Assembly (NCBI GenBank): GCA_963575745.1
Contig: CAUYUJ010000089.1
Location: forward strand, 1 to 64,000
Direction of reading: 5' to 3'
DNA: 64,000 nucleotides
Source: Prorocentrum cordatum
Taxonomy: Eukaryota
The position numbers and the translations under genes are program-made. Numbering within the stretch: the stretch's first letter is position 1; the number at the start of each line of letters is the position of its first letter. Under the pieces are notes generated by a model, which ran no database searches, was not told where the DNA came from, and was given only the letters and a program-made list of their open reading frames with translations. This document shows, piece after piece, positions 38,830-52,302 of this stretch.

Positions 38830-39260
38830 TCGCCTAACGTGAGGGCTGTTCGTCAACGGCACGATCCGAATGAAACCGTGGGGCCGAAGGAAGGGTTCTC
38901 GATGGGGGCTCGATTCGCACAAGGGGTGTGCCGACATGGGCGGGAGTGGGGCAGATGTGCACGCCATCGATGGTGCACTGGGTGAGCTCCATACGGGGCC
39001 ACGATCCGCGTGAGGGGTGTACCGGCATTGGCGGGGGACGGCATGTGAACGCCATCACTGGAGACGTGCGTGGAATTCCCACTGGGGCCAAAATCCGTAT
39101 GATGGGGTGCCACCATAGGCGGGGGGACGCATGTGGACGCCATCGGTGGTGCCCTTGTCGGGGCCAACTGAGCGGGAGGGTGCACGCGGAGTGTCGAACT
39201 GGCGCCGCAAGTGGAGCCCGCTTCTGAAGCCACGATCGGCGTATGGGGTGTGCCACACAG
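38830..39260. repeat. Diverged relatives of 90-bp satellite A
   Basis: GAGCTCCATACGGGGCCACGA..GTGAGGGGTGT and similar motifs. Confidence 0.6.
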
Positions 39261-39499
39261 GCGGGGGGGAGGCATGCTCTTGAAGCGCTCTTGGCCGTCT
39301 TGGGGCCGTTTTGGACCTCTCCTGGGCCGTCTTGGGGGTATCTTGGGCTGTCCTGGACGCCTCTTGTGCCGTCTTGGGGGCATATTGGGGGAGGGGGGGA
39401 GACCTTTCGACCTATCTCCACGATTCTCCCCCGTCCCCTGAACCACTCCCTGGAAGTTTTCGCCCCAAGTCAACGTCATCACTCGTACCTCGCTCTTTC

Positions 39500-42400
39500 C
39501 GCACCTGCCTGGCACTCGCCGTACTTCCACTTGTACACGTATCTAGATGTCTTGATGTTGGTAGCATTTGTGATGTCCTGCATCCTAAAGCATTCGTTAG
39601 CATACCATATCTTGCGTTCCGTGCAGAAGGCCTGAGATAGTTTTGTCGAGTTGGCTTGAATTCCTGCCTTCGTCAGGAGGTCGTCTTCCCTGACAACCTC
39701 AGTTATTTTAGTTGCGGCTGGAACATACAGACGCCTTCAGTTTACTTGATCGTTGCGAAGTGACTCGCGTTGTTGCTCTGACAGAACAACTCTAGCCACG
39801 TCAGTAGCGAAGCATAGCTCTGACCGTGTTCATCTGAATCGAGATCGCAGGTCTCGTCGTATTCTGCGGTCCAAAATACCATGAAGGTTTCGTCGGCGTC
39901 ATAGTTCCGAGCATAACCTATCTCTCGCACGCGCCTTTGCTTCTCATGGCCAAGGCCGGGAGCACGGGGTTGCCTGCAACCATCTCGGCAAGTACAAAAC
40001 ACAAGGATTCCCATGAGGGTGTCTCGAGCAGTTCCTTTGCCTCTTGGAGCTCGACACACCACCTTTCCATGATGTGTGCTTCTAGGTCCATTTCTGATTC
40101 CTCAGCAATGGTCGGTAGCCTGCCGTCAAATGCGGCCGGCGCTGGAGGCCGTTACTCCTCCTGGGCGTGGCCGACCAAAGCTGGCGCGTCCGCCACCTGG
40201 GCGTGGCCGATCAAACTTTGAAAGGTCTTCGATAAAGCCCGCTAGAGGTTTTGAGGATGTCCAGTACTGGGTTATACGTTCGCGCGCGGTTCCAGCGGCA
40301 TCATGGATATTGAGAGCGGTACCTTCGGATGAAGTCCTGGTGTGACGTCGTTGTCATAATACACCAGGGCGCAGCTATCAGCATAGGGCGCCGCCTGTAA
40401 CCTTTGGATGCATTAAGCCAAACGTACCGTCACTTCATTTTCTATCCTACCAAAATTTCTGATGAGGAACTGCAGGGCTAAATGTACCTTAGGCGCGAGG
40501 CGACTCGCCGTAGCCATCCGCCAGTTTCCTTGCTTGGTCGGCAGGCAGCCAAAGACCATAGCAGGTCCCCCCGCGGGCAGGCTCGCGACGATGGCCAAAA
40601 CTGTTCGCGCGGCCGAAATATCGAAACCAATATCGCGGACCATATATACTACAATTAATTATGTGCGTCGTAAGTCTGGGTTCTGCACTCAGACCTCCCG
40701 ATCGCCAACATGCACTGCAGTCTGACCATGGTAAGGGCAGTTACGGGCAATGGGGCATGGGCCATTCCATCCACCAACGTCGCCCCAGTAGTGGTCGGAC
40801 AGTGGCAGTCCACGAGATTCCTGGCTGATAGTTGTGATGTCCTGCTGCTGTCATTTCTGCGCGTTGGGCTCTGTTGGTTTGGGCTACTGCTGTAGCCTGC
40901 GCGACAATTGCACTGCTTATCTCCCTGACCCTCTGTTCTCGGTTCTGAGAAGACGTTTCCGCTCCCTGTTGGTAGTCCAGTACCAACAGGTCCAGTAAAC
41001 AAGCCGGTTGTCAACCATGCAGTGCGCGATATGGCGACACCCCGTTGTACTGCACACAAATGCGTGCAGTAGGCGCGTAAAAACCCATGGACTGTTGTGC
41101 CGTTTAAAATTGCAAATGGAAAAACGGCCCTGCCCTTGGCTACAAGCGCGCGGTCTGTAAAAACCCTGGGAACCTCAAAGCCTAGAGCCGCCAGGACGCG
41201 GCACATCACGCAGGGTACACCCTGTCAGCCCACAGGAGTTTCAGCGCACAGCGCCTCGAAAACCAGGGTAGGGGCGTCTTTTTGCCCTTGAACTAAATCT
41301 TCTTCCATAAAATGTAAGGCCGCCGTTGCGCGCTTCGATAGTAGTGGCGAGCTGGCCTCGGGCACAGACGCGAAGCTCTGCGCCTCTAGCCTCCAAGATG
41401 GATTTGGCGGCATCATTGTTTAGAGCGCCTTCACCGACGGAATGCAGCGCCGTGGCTGGGCCGCGCTGCATCCGTCAGTTGATGCATCGTCCTGTCGGCA
41501 ATATCTTGGTCTGCGACCCAATGAATACATCAGTCGATCATGTGAAACACGAAGCATTGTCTGTGAAACATCAGATCGATCTCGACATCTTCGTTGAATT
41601 TGCCAGGGATACATATCAAAGGCATGAAACATGACCCGGTTTCGCCAAGGCTCTGCACTCACAACATGAGTCGACTGTCTACTACTCCCTTTATCATGGT
41701 TAGTGGTGCAACACCGATGCCTGCACGAAAGAATCGCACGCATCTGTGGTTCAAAAGCGTGATACCAGCGTAAATGGGGTTGTTTGTGATTATGTTAGCA
41801 CGGTGGTCGGATCGTACCTCCGTAGAGTTTGGAGACTTATCGGGATGTCAAATCTCGCACGCGGCCGCGCTTCCACTGGAGGCGGAGGAAGAAGCGACAC
41901 CACGCCACTCCCCCCTCGCCCACGACGTCCCGGGACACGCGGAGGGGTGAGAGAGCTGCCAGCCCCAGAACCAATGTGCGCGCCTCCTGTCATGTCTTAA
42001 CTGCTAACCCCCCCGTTTGGGCCCTGTGGATTTCTACGCGAGGGAGGACGTGCACGCGGCCGTGCTTCTCCCCATGGTCTCTGTCGGGCTGGCGGTAGCT
42101 CCGCTGGCGCAGGTACCTCGTCGAAGGCCCTCCAGTGCCGCCACTGGCGCAGCAGCAGCACGCGCAGGTGCCACTTCCACCGGCGCTGGCGCAGCCGGTG
42201 GGACTTTTCCGCGGGTAAGTAGTTGCCACGGTTGGGCAAACCTACACTTGCCCGGCGTCAGCAGGTGGCCAGGCTTGTTTTTTTTTTGTTGCCATGGTCA
42301 TTTTTGTAATTTTGGCATACCCAGTGACAGGAATCCTTGCGACACCGACGACATTGACGCGGGCTTCGGCTGTCTTGGTGAGTTCATTTGAACGTTGTCG

Positions 42401-45400
42401 ATACAAGCTGGGCAGCAAGTCCGCCCGATGGCGGTCGTTTGATGGACCCGCTCTCTCCCCGTAGCATAGCAAGATCATCGGGATCAAACCCAGCACTGTT
42501 GCCCACGAAAGTGTTTGCGTAATACCTGTCGGCAGAAAAATTGCATACTGCTGCATCAACGGATTTTGAAATCCGGACTGCTTCTACGATCAGCGAGTGC
42601 ATATTTGGCGCTCTTTGGGCCGCATGCGCCAGTCCTTGGTTGCACGCATGGGCACGTGCACGATTGCTAGAAGATCTCTTGTTTTCAAACGGTTTAGGGC
42701 TTGCATGATGATTGGCCATTATATCAAAAAGTTTCTTGATGAGTGCCATATGAAATCCACAGCCCTGTCGAGCATTGGTCTACCACCTGTGCGCAAGTGG
42801 CCCTGCGTTTAACTAGCGCGGTCCGAGGAACAATATCATCAACCCAGGTGCCAGCCGCATGCCCCCTCAAGACCACGATTTGGAGGTCATCTTGCATGAC
42901 GGCTACATCCCCGCAGAAGTTGGCGATGGGCAGGTCCTCCCTGTGGAGCTTGCACTAAGTATCGTAGTTGACCTGGGAGTTAAAGTACGATGTCAAGCCC
43001 GTGGTTCTGCAGTTGGGTTCTAGAAACATTATAATGACAAAGCACGCGTGCATATAGAGTTCCACAGGTCAACACTGGCACGTGCACCTAGGTTTCCTCC
43101 AGAGGCGAGCGCCCTCTTGAGAGCGCCCTGCGATATGCCACCAGTGCCTCAACACAGGTCCCACACATCTACGCAGTTGTTCCATCCATAGCAGAAGGGT
43201 GGGAGCAACGGCAAACACGTCGGCACGCGCGCCCGCAGCGCCGCCTGGCAGCGTTAAGAAGAGGATCTCGTCATCATCTGACTCCAGCTCTTCGATTAGA
43301 ACGTCGAAGAACAACATGGCATTCTCTAGCCCCTTGATGTCGCCACCACAGTCATCGTTGCCGTTTTCACCGCGTCTTGGCACATTTTCGGTTCGATGCC
43401 GGCTTCCTTATCAGCCTTTGAGTTTCTTCCTGTTTTATCCCGGAATAAATTGGCAATGCTGGTCGCACGTTTGGCACTTCCACCAGCATCGGAAAATCTA
43501 AATTTCGGACAGGCCCCCACCAAACCCAAGCGAGAGGGGAAGAGATCGATCATCACCGATGAACGCAACTAGTTTCCTGAGGCTCGGCGGTCGCCCGTGC
43601 CCGAGCAAAGCTGGGGAAGCTCGTCTCGCGCATGGGTCGCGGACTCCGGGTGGCAACGGCACTGGCCAGTTACCCACCTGTCGGTCTCTGATCTTGATTT
43701 ACTCATTAACCTTACTTCTGCCAAGGTCAAGAGCAGCACGACGTGCAACGTCTTCCAGGCACGGCCACCTGTCGCTGGACTGCACATAGTCGCGTACACT
43801 CGTATCGATACGGGTGAACAAATGTGATACCTGCGTTTGAGTGTTTACAGAGTTGGCCCACGAACTTTGTCATCAGGAATGTCATTGTCTTCTTTCGCTA
43901 TTCGGCACGTTGATGGTCGCGTCCGTACCAGTCTAGCTGATGCTCCTTCAAATTCGCACACTTGCATCCCCATAATGCTGCCAATAGTTTCGGGCATGGT
44001 GTACATCTGGATAATGGAGCCGCTTGGCCTCCCCTTGGCACGATCGAGCTTAATGTTGAAGTGGCACAGACGCATCCGGATGTCTCTACTGTTTTAGCTT
44101 GGGAGAGCCTTTTGTATACGGTTACTTTCCAGAAATATCCACGCGGTCCCACTGCCACTATTTGCATCCTGAGAGCACGTGCCTGCGCTAGGAGATTACG
44201 CATCCCCTCACCGTGTGGCCCAGCAAGTCTGCCAGGCAGTCTGACATACCAATCAGCGCGTGTGGCCAACCAGAGTAATGCGTAGTCTCCTGAGAGTATG
44301 CCGAGGCATTGCGTTCCCATCGAAGTCATCACCTCATTATGAGTAATACGATCGCACATATACCCTCGGCGGCGCACTTCAGCGGTAGCCGTGCGTATAC
44401 TTTATATAACCAATGCCATGGAGTGGTAGGACTCACTAATTGTTTTTGGGCGCGTGTCCACGCTGTCCTTTGCTATGAGGCACGCACCCATGCCTCTGGC
44501 CCCCTGGGGCAGCAAGCAGGCTAGGTCAGCGGGCCCGCCTGCCCCCGCCAACGGGGGTCGCCAATGTGGCGCAGGACACCCGGCGTCTCATCGCTCGAGC
44601 AAGTCCTTCCCACACTCGAGCCCTGCTCGGCGGCTTTGTTTGACGAGGAGCTAGGGTCTCCGACGTGGAAGACCTGTGGCGTGTCCTCCACAATCGGGAT
44701 GGTGCCCCAATCTTCTCCGGGCGCGGCCGCCCTCGATACGTTGGGGCCCCCTGCGAGCCAGCCCCTCGCCTCCTCTTGATGTGGATGGAGAAGGTTCGCC
44801 ACATGGCCTGGATCCCATTTGCCAGTTGCCTCCTTAACCTTGCGTTGGATGCCCGCCAACAGCACGCGCGTCATCTCGCGGCGATCCACTGGGCGATCGG
44901 ATCGACACCAGTGGTCTATTGTCGAGCTGACCATCATAGTGACAGCGTCATCCACGGCCTGATACTTGAAGCGATTCAGCGTCTCGCGGCTGCATTCGCC
45001 AGCGCCTGGCGCGCCTGAGACACCTGTCCGCGGCGCGCAGCCAAGGGCGGCGCGCAGCCGGGGGCGGCGCGCAGCCAGGGGCGCCATCCAGAGGCAACGA
45101 CCGGGGCGGCGCAGTCCCGTGCTGCGAGGAACTCCCTGCACTGACATTAGTGAAGGTCTCCGCCGCTGTCTCACCCTCTGTTCCGGGAGCGGCCCCCCCG
45201 CAGTTGGAACACGGGATGCCCGGGTGCCCCGGGGACTTTCTCCAGCATCAGAACCTGCGCGCCTTCGCCAAGCTGCTGTTTGTGAGTGTGCGAGCCGGAG
45301 AGATGATGCGTTCCCTTCCTCCAGGATCAGGACTGCCCTCTGTGACTGCATGGGGGCAAGGCCAGGAATGGCGGGCAGGTCTGAGCCAGATCCTCCGGCG

Positions 45401-48400
45401 ACGTCTCCAACAAAAGCGTCCACCTGTGCTGTCGGTGGCTTGTTGTGACGTTGGAACTCGCAATATTGAATGTCCAAAGGGTCCGGCATATAGCTGCGCC
45501 GCTGACAACTCCGTGGACGTACAGCAGCCTCTCCAGGTCCATGAGCTTCGGCATGTGTCCATCCCCGCGAGATTAATTGCCGAACTCCTGCGCAGCGTTG
45601 ATTCCAATTGAATTGACGCTCGAACAAATGTCCACCAGCATAATTCATGTGCCAGAGATCCGAGTTATATCAGTCTGCCTGCTGAGTACACATGCTGGAT
45701 GCCAGCTGGAGTCGAGGTTGCGTGCGTTTCCGCACCCATCTGCCTCTTAAGCCTCCGCTGGTCGATGATGTCCTGGTTCCTCTCCTCGAAAGCCCCAGAG
45801 CTGCAGGATCCCACTTGCCCGTGAAGGCGTTTACTTCTTCCACCGTAGCAGGCCCACGCTAAATTGCCCAGTCGGCGCACCTCCGATTGTTGCGCGGTTC
45901 AGGAAGCACGTTCGTTGCTTCGCAAGTGGCGCGGCCTTCGTTGTCCTGCAGCATGATCGCTGCGGACTGCTGGTACATTGCCCCTTCTGCCGCCACTGCT
46001 CGTTCCAAGTCCACATCGATCAGTGGGGATTCCACCCTCCTGCTCGCGGCCGAGCGCGGGTTGCGGTGGTGTCGTGAATCCGCCTGTTGTTGCTGCTGGT
46101 TCTAAGCGGTCCAGCAGTGGGTTGTCGAAGGGATTTGGCATCGCATGGGCAGCAGGTGCCCCCGCATCTTGGATCGACGGGGCGTTTACTGCAGGTGCCC
46201 CCGAATCATATAGGAGTGGGATTGGCGTGGCCATTGCTGAGGGCGTTGCCGGCATCGGGTTGCTCGTGGCCGAGCTTGTTGTAGGAATCGGCATCAAGAT
46301 TTCACCCAGTCCCCTGCGCAGGTCAGGCATCTCCTGAACCTGCTGGATGGCCACTGCTGAACTCGATGCGTCGACGTGTCCCACATAAGGATGTTCCGCC
46401 ACATTGATGCCAGGTTCCCGGCACATGACACACGGGGCCTCCACATGGGCCCCTGCCCGTCCTCTTGACGCCTGCGCCCGAGCGTTGCGGCCACAATATT
46501 CTGCGCGGCATTGGCGACCGCATGGCAGTCCCCACATTTTCTCGCGCAACGCGAAGGACTCGAGGCACACAGCGCACTGCGTGAAAGAGATATCCGACAC
46601 TACAGAAGCCTCTGAATTTGGGCGCGCCCGCCCTTGCCGCTGCAGCGTGGACTCCGACGCCTCGCACGGAGACCGAGGCGGTCCGCCCCCTGACCTCGGA
46701 GTCGACATCGCAGTCTGCACGTGGCCGGCTTGTGTTTTTGTCGACCATTCGTTGCATGTGCCTGGCGCTCTATCACGCGCGGCCCTCCGGGCTTCCTCCG
46801 CTCCTTGCACACTTGCTTGCAGCATCGCATGAATGGAGTGCAAAGGTCGGCCAAGTGCTTGCAAGTGGTTTGATGTCCAGGGCAAGTGGTCCTACGATTG
46901 TAACTGGGTCAGCTGGCGACGGCTGATAGCCCGCGCGTGGATACCGCACCTCGGACACGAGACGCTGCAAGCGGTAGAAATCATCCGCCATATTCCGCGC
47001 TTTGGTTCTGGGCCGCCTAGCCCACCAGTGGCGTTCCATTGATCTCTGCGAAATGCTGGGGAAACAGCGGCTGATCCATCGGTGGCGGGGCCGGCCCTGG
47101 GAGTGGAAGGCATGTTGGATGCGAAGCGAATGCAGGAACAAATAGCCGTCCATCTGGATGGTCTGCCGATGGGCTCGCGTCTGAGTGCCATTCCCAGGGC
47201 GATGTCCAGTCGTTCCGATCTGCACATCCACTCCGATCAAATTCAACCCAGACATGGCTGTCTGATGTTGCTGTTGCATGAATCTCTGCTGCTCAAGTGC
47301 CGACTGCCTGTGTCCAGGCTGGTCTATCGTTGGGGCTGCCATCGGCGGGCTCGCTACACTGCCAGTGGCCTGGGCTCGGCGTGGAGTGCCAAAGGGTGTT
47401 TTTGCCCCAATTGCAGCTGCCAGGTCGGGGCGCTGGCGCAGCATGGCCATGCGCTGCAAGAGGTCCACATTGCTCGTCGATGCTGTGCGCGTCGGCCCCT
47501 GACGCTAGGCTCCGCTCGGACCTTGGCTGACCGAATGCGATGGGCCGAACCTAGTAGAGCCAGCGCTTGGTGGCGGCCTTACCTGCTGGCGCATTGTCCA
47601 GGGCAGCTGCTCAAGGGTCGAAACCACCGAAAACATCCGATAGAGTAGACGCATCGGTGGACGGCGGCATCATCCAAGAGGATGATGATCTGGCGCCGGT
47701 TGGCAGAGATGCAGGTGGCCTGGCGTCCGTTGGTGGCTATGTCAGCAGGCGCTCCTGCATCCATTAACAAGCTTATAGTGGCCGATTGCGCGTACAGCTC
47801 TGCGCCGAACCATGGGCGTGGCCACCCCAACACCGAAGGTGTTTCGGGCTCGAACCAACTATTCCGAAGGTGGACATCGTCCATGGTTACCGGACAGCCC
47901 CGTAGCTCATAGCTGGCGTCTTAGATGTGCTGGGAATTTTGCCACACGCACTCACGCTCCAGTTCGGGCCCAACGCAAGCTGCATGATGCACTTGGTCGA
48001 AACAATACCGTCGAAGCCGTCCGTCAGAACAATAGCGGCAACGGAACGCCACACCTTTGATCCAGCTTGCACTAGACGCGGCATAGATACGAGTCTGTGA
48101 AACTCGGCGCCCCCACCCGAGGCCGGGACGGATCCTGTGCTCTCCCGACAAGGACGGGCATCCGTGCACAAACTGCCTGCCGCGTCTTCCTCGCGGGTCG
48201 CATTCTGCGCGACAGGACAGCCCGCGCTCGACGATGCAATTCAGGCATTGGAACTTGGTTCTGCACATGAAGAACCTGGGGGCATCGTTAGTGACATCGT
48301 GAGTTTGGCCGCTTACATCTGCAACTGCAGTGCCCAATGATTCTGGGTAGAATCTTCCAGGACACGAGTGCCAACTGCGGCTCTGATCCACAATGTTGGG

Positions 48401-51400
48401 ACATCCTCGTCGTTGCACGCGCACTTCAGCTGGGGTGGCGACCTTCTTGGCACCCGAACTGCCCATCGCGTCGCCGATGTGCAGCTCGGGTGCCAAGGTA
48501 TGTAATATTGCGGTTGGTTGTCCGTCCACTCACGGATAACCTCGTAACCCTTTCCATTCATAATTATCCCCTGTCATTAAGGTCTCTAGTTCAACGTTTC
48601 TTGCTGCGCTTCGGCGGCGGCCTGCGTCAGCGCGCCCGCCCCAACTAGGATGTCTGCACCATCCTGCTTCGAGGGCGCAGCCTTTGACCGTGGCTTGAGT
48701 AGCACGTCGGTGGCCTAGCGGATGACGAGGCCGCGGCAGACGACTCGCCGGATGCTCCAGCCGGCGGCCCGCCCAGGAATTTTGCCCGCGCGGCACTGAC
48801 CAGCTTCACCTCTTTTCTTATCTTTTGGCCAGAGGGGCTCCAATTGGAGGCCTTCCGGCTTGGGCTGCGGCCTCTTGCCGACTGGCAATGGGCCCAGTAG
48901 GCCGCCCGCGCCCTGGCTCGTCTCTTCTTTGGATACACGTTGTGGAGGCAAGTCCAGTCCGAAGCCCCCGTCAGACTCTTCATCGCCGCGGGGTTCAAAG
49001 GCGCATCAGGTTTTGACCCGTCTCTGCCCGCTGCCGAACTTGATCCTCCAGCACGCGCCGCAGGTAGTGAGGGCGCCCAGTCACCACGATGAGCGGAGCC
49101 CTCCCGGGACTCTGTAGACCCCGTGGCAAACGGCAGCTCGGGCAGAGGTGCCGAGCTACCTCCGAAGTGGGCACCTCTCATTTTGACATTGCCTGGGGAA
49201 TCTCCTCGCAGGGCCGCACTGGCTCTCCATGTCGCTGTCGGGGGGCCCCATCCAGGCCCACCTCCTGGCCTGGACGCAACTCCTCTGCAGGAGCCGTTTC
49301 TGTCTCGTCGGTCCCCTGGGCCCACCAGGCGCGCCCGCCCAATTCCATGTCGGGCCATCTTCGCCCTGGGCGCGCCCGCCTGGCGGCTCGGCAGGCGAGG
49401 CAAGCGCGAGCGGCCGCTCCTCCTGATCCCCTTCTTCTTCGAACTTCTCGCCCGCCGCCCGGGTCGCCGCTGGAGGGGGCGCAGGAGGCTCGGCCCTGGA
49501 ACTACTCACGATCTGCCCCGTCGCATTCAACTCGCACTGACGGGGAATACTTCGACCCCTGTCCACGCTCGCCTCGGCGGGATCTATATCCCGACGCTCG
49601 CAGTGCCAGTCCTGGCTGTGAACCTTGAGAATGCGATCATCGCCCACGTCCTCCCAAGCCGCGTCCGCATCCTAGACTTCGGCATCGTTCAATGGGCAGC
49701 AGTCCTCTGCGGACGCGGCCGCCCTTCCGCCGACGCCCTCGCCATGGCAAGGATGCCAAGGCGTCCCACCATGATGCGGGCTGCGAAATAGACAGCCCGC
49801 TGGACAGTCACGGCGACGCCGACTGCGAGCCAGGCATGGACACATACGGTAGCACCTGCCGGATTGGACGACGTCTCGCTTCAATGCCCGCGCCATCACT
49901 CTCTGCACCGCGACGCCCTGATGTTCTGATGATGTAGCCCCTGTCGCCACGAGGAACATGATGCCCCAAAGAACACCAGTGACGAAAATGTGATTATGCG
50001 CAACCCTGTTCGAAGAGAAAGTTCACGCCGGCCCCATTGATCTCCATGCGCGGGCCTTGATCGCCATCAGAATGTATATATATATATATATAAATAAATA
50101 CATATATATATATATATATATCACGCGCAGAGAACGATTACATGTCCAAAGACCGTCTCGCCAGGGCTCGCACCGCACGCGGTCTCCGCAGACCGAGCAT
50201 AGCCTTTGCCCTTGGAAGGGCCAGCCCCACGCGAGCGGCTACGACCTCGACAAGGACCGCCCGCGCCCGGGCTATATCTGCCAGATTTCCTGGAACGCCT
50301 TCCGTCGCGTGGGCCGAAGAGCTGCGGCCACGGCGACTGCCTCCGCTGTTGCCTTTGCAATGACCACCCGAGCCAATGGGACCCTTTCCAAACTTACCGC
50401 ACATCATGAGCGCGCTGGCACGACTCTGCCCCCATCCCACAACAGCCCGCTCGCCCTCCAGGAGTCCAAACACCGTTGCGGTCGGGAGCGGGCGGAGCCT
50501 CGCCTGCTCGTGTCAGAGCTGTTCCATTATTTCAACGTCGGCGGCAGGTGCAGCCCCCGCGCCAGACATGCAATCGTCGTCATCGTCGTCGTCTGACTCG
50601 CACTGCACGCGTCTGCGCCAACGCGCGCCGACCCAGTCACCGGCGGGCGTGCCACACAGCTCCTTCGATCTCGTCGCGCAGACACTTGGCGCAACGTTCC
50701 AGCGACATGACAGCGCCGGCGAAGTGGGCCATCAGAAACCAAGCAGAACTTGATTGGGAGCATCGGGTTTCGGGGAAATCAACGCACACGATAGCATCCG
50801 CTTCGGCTTGATTGATCCCGTTTCACACCTCCCCTGGAGCATTGCGATTGGAAGTGTTTATCGCTTCCGCGGGTATTGCATGTCATCCGTTTACCATCGT
50901 CTCTCATTGGATTGAGCCTACGTCCCTTGCACTTGCCCGCAGTACGCCTACGACCTCTACCCCTCGCTCTACCTTCTAGACATAGACCTTCAAAGTCGTA
51001 GTCGGCCAATCGAGCCAGAGAAGCGGCTATCCTTTGCCATGCCATCTGCGGGCGTTCGCGGCGGCCCTTGCTATTACCGCGAAAGACACGACGTACACCC
51101 CAGAGGGCGGTCGCGCCAGGCGGCGCATAGCTGGCCGCTGACGGCCAGCCCGCGTTTGAGCCAGAAGCCTGTTGGTTATTGTTGGCTTCGTGGCCTAGAG
51201 GGGTCGTGGACTAAGTGGGCTCAACCGTCAATCCAGATGCTATCCGGCATGGCTCCCGGGGTGTCGCTTTTTTCGGCGCGGTAGGTGCACGCGCTGCGTC
51301 CGCTGAAGATGCCCCCGACGTTTCCTGGGGAACGCTCAGCCAGGTGCCCACGGCTGCGCATTCGCTCCAGGAATTGGTCGCACTGTTGTTGGGCACGGGG

Positions 51401-51920
51401 CATCCGGTGATTTAGCCGTCGAAGAAGCTGCGCTGCTCGAGAGGTGCCAAGTCCCAAGGCACGAAAAAAAGATCAGAGTAATGATCTGGGCGTTGAATAT
51501 GCTAAAGTCCGCTGAGTCTGCTTCCAGCCTGGCCATCTCAAACCGGGCCAGCACTCAATCGATGCGTTCGCCCCTCTCGATCCAGAAGTCGATGAGGGCT
51601 GTCCCCGAAGTGAGCTGTCCCTCGTCGTCTAGATGTTCCACTTGATGCTTAACAAGCACATAATGTATGAGACCCCATCGGCGCGTCTCCCCTACGAAGG
51701 TGACACCATGATTGATGATGGTGGACGGCACCCTCATGGCTGGTGTCCTAGCCAAACCCGCAGGGCCGCGCTGTAGGGCGGCGGCCTCTTCGGGTGGAGT
51801 CACGCTTCCGCTCGCGACGTTAAGCCATGCGAGTACTTCGCGGACAAAAGCCGCGGAAGAGTACGTTGCCTGCGGGGACCCAGAAGGGACCCCGAATGCG
51901 CATGTCTTCCAGTCCTCTTC
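39500..51920 (-). mobile_element. Heavily decayed copia-order LTR retrotransposon (gag-PR-INT; RT/RNaseH and LTRs not found)
   Basis: gag GERID*VLARFEMAR (~51400-51910); knuckle CNTRGSDKHFQSQC (~50840-50885); protease IMLVDICSSVNSIG...DLPAIPGL (~45200-45650); integrase HLRWYH..CCEC..FNEDVEIDLMF..GEGALN..TIEARNG (~41300-41790). Many stops and frameshifts. Confidence 0.75.
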
Positions 51921-52271
51921 GTAGCACGCATGCCACGGTAAGACCTAGGCACACCCAGGTGTGTCCAAATATAGCGGCCTTGACACAATGAATGGTCACG
52001 TTGTAGCTGTTGATGTCACGTTTCGTTTGTTTTGATATTGTCGCGCCGATAGGATTGCGACTGGGTGTCTGGTCTGACGTGGCCGTCATTTTGCGGATGG
52101 GTATCGGCACTTGAATTGTGCGTGGCGTGTGGCCACGCGGCGGGGAGATGGAGGTGTAGACATATATATATATATATACATATATATATACATACATACA
52201 TACATGTGCACGTGCATGCATACATACATGCATATACATACATACGTACATACATGCATGCATGCATGCAT

Positions 52272-52302
<31 letters not shown>

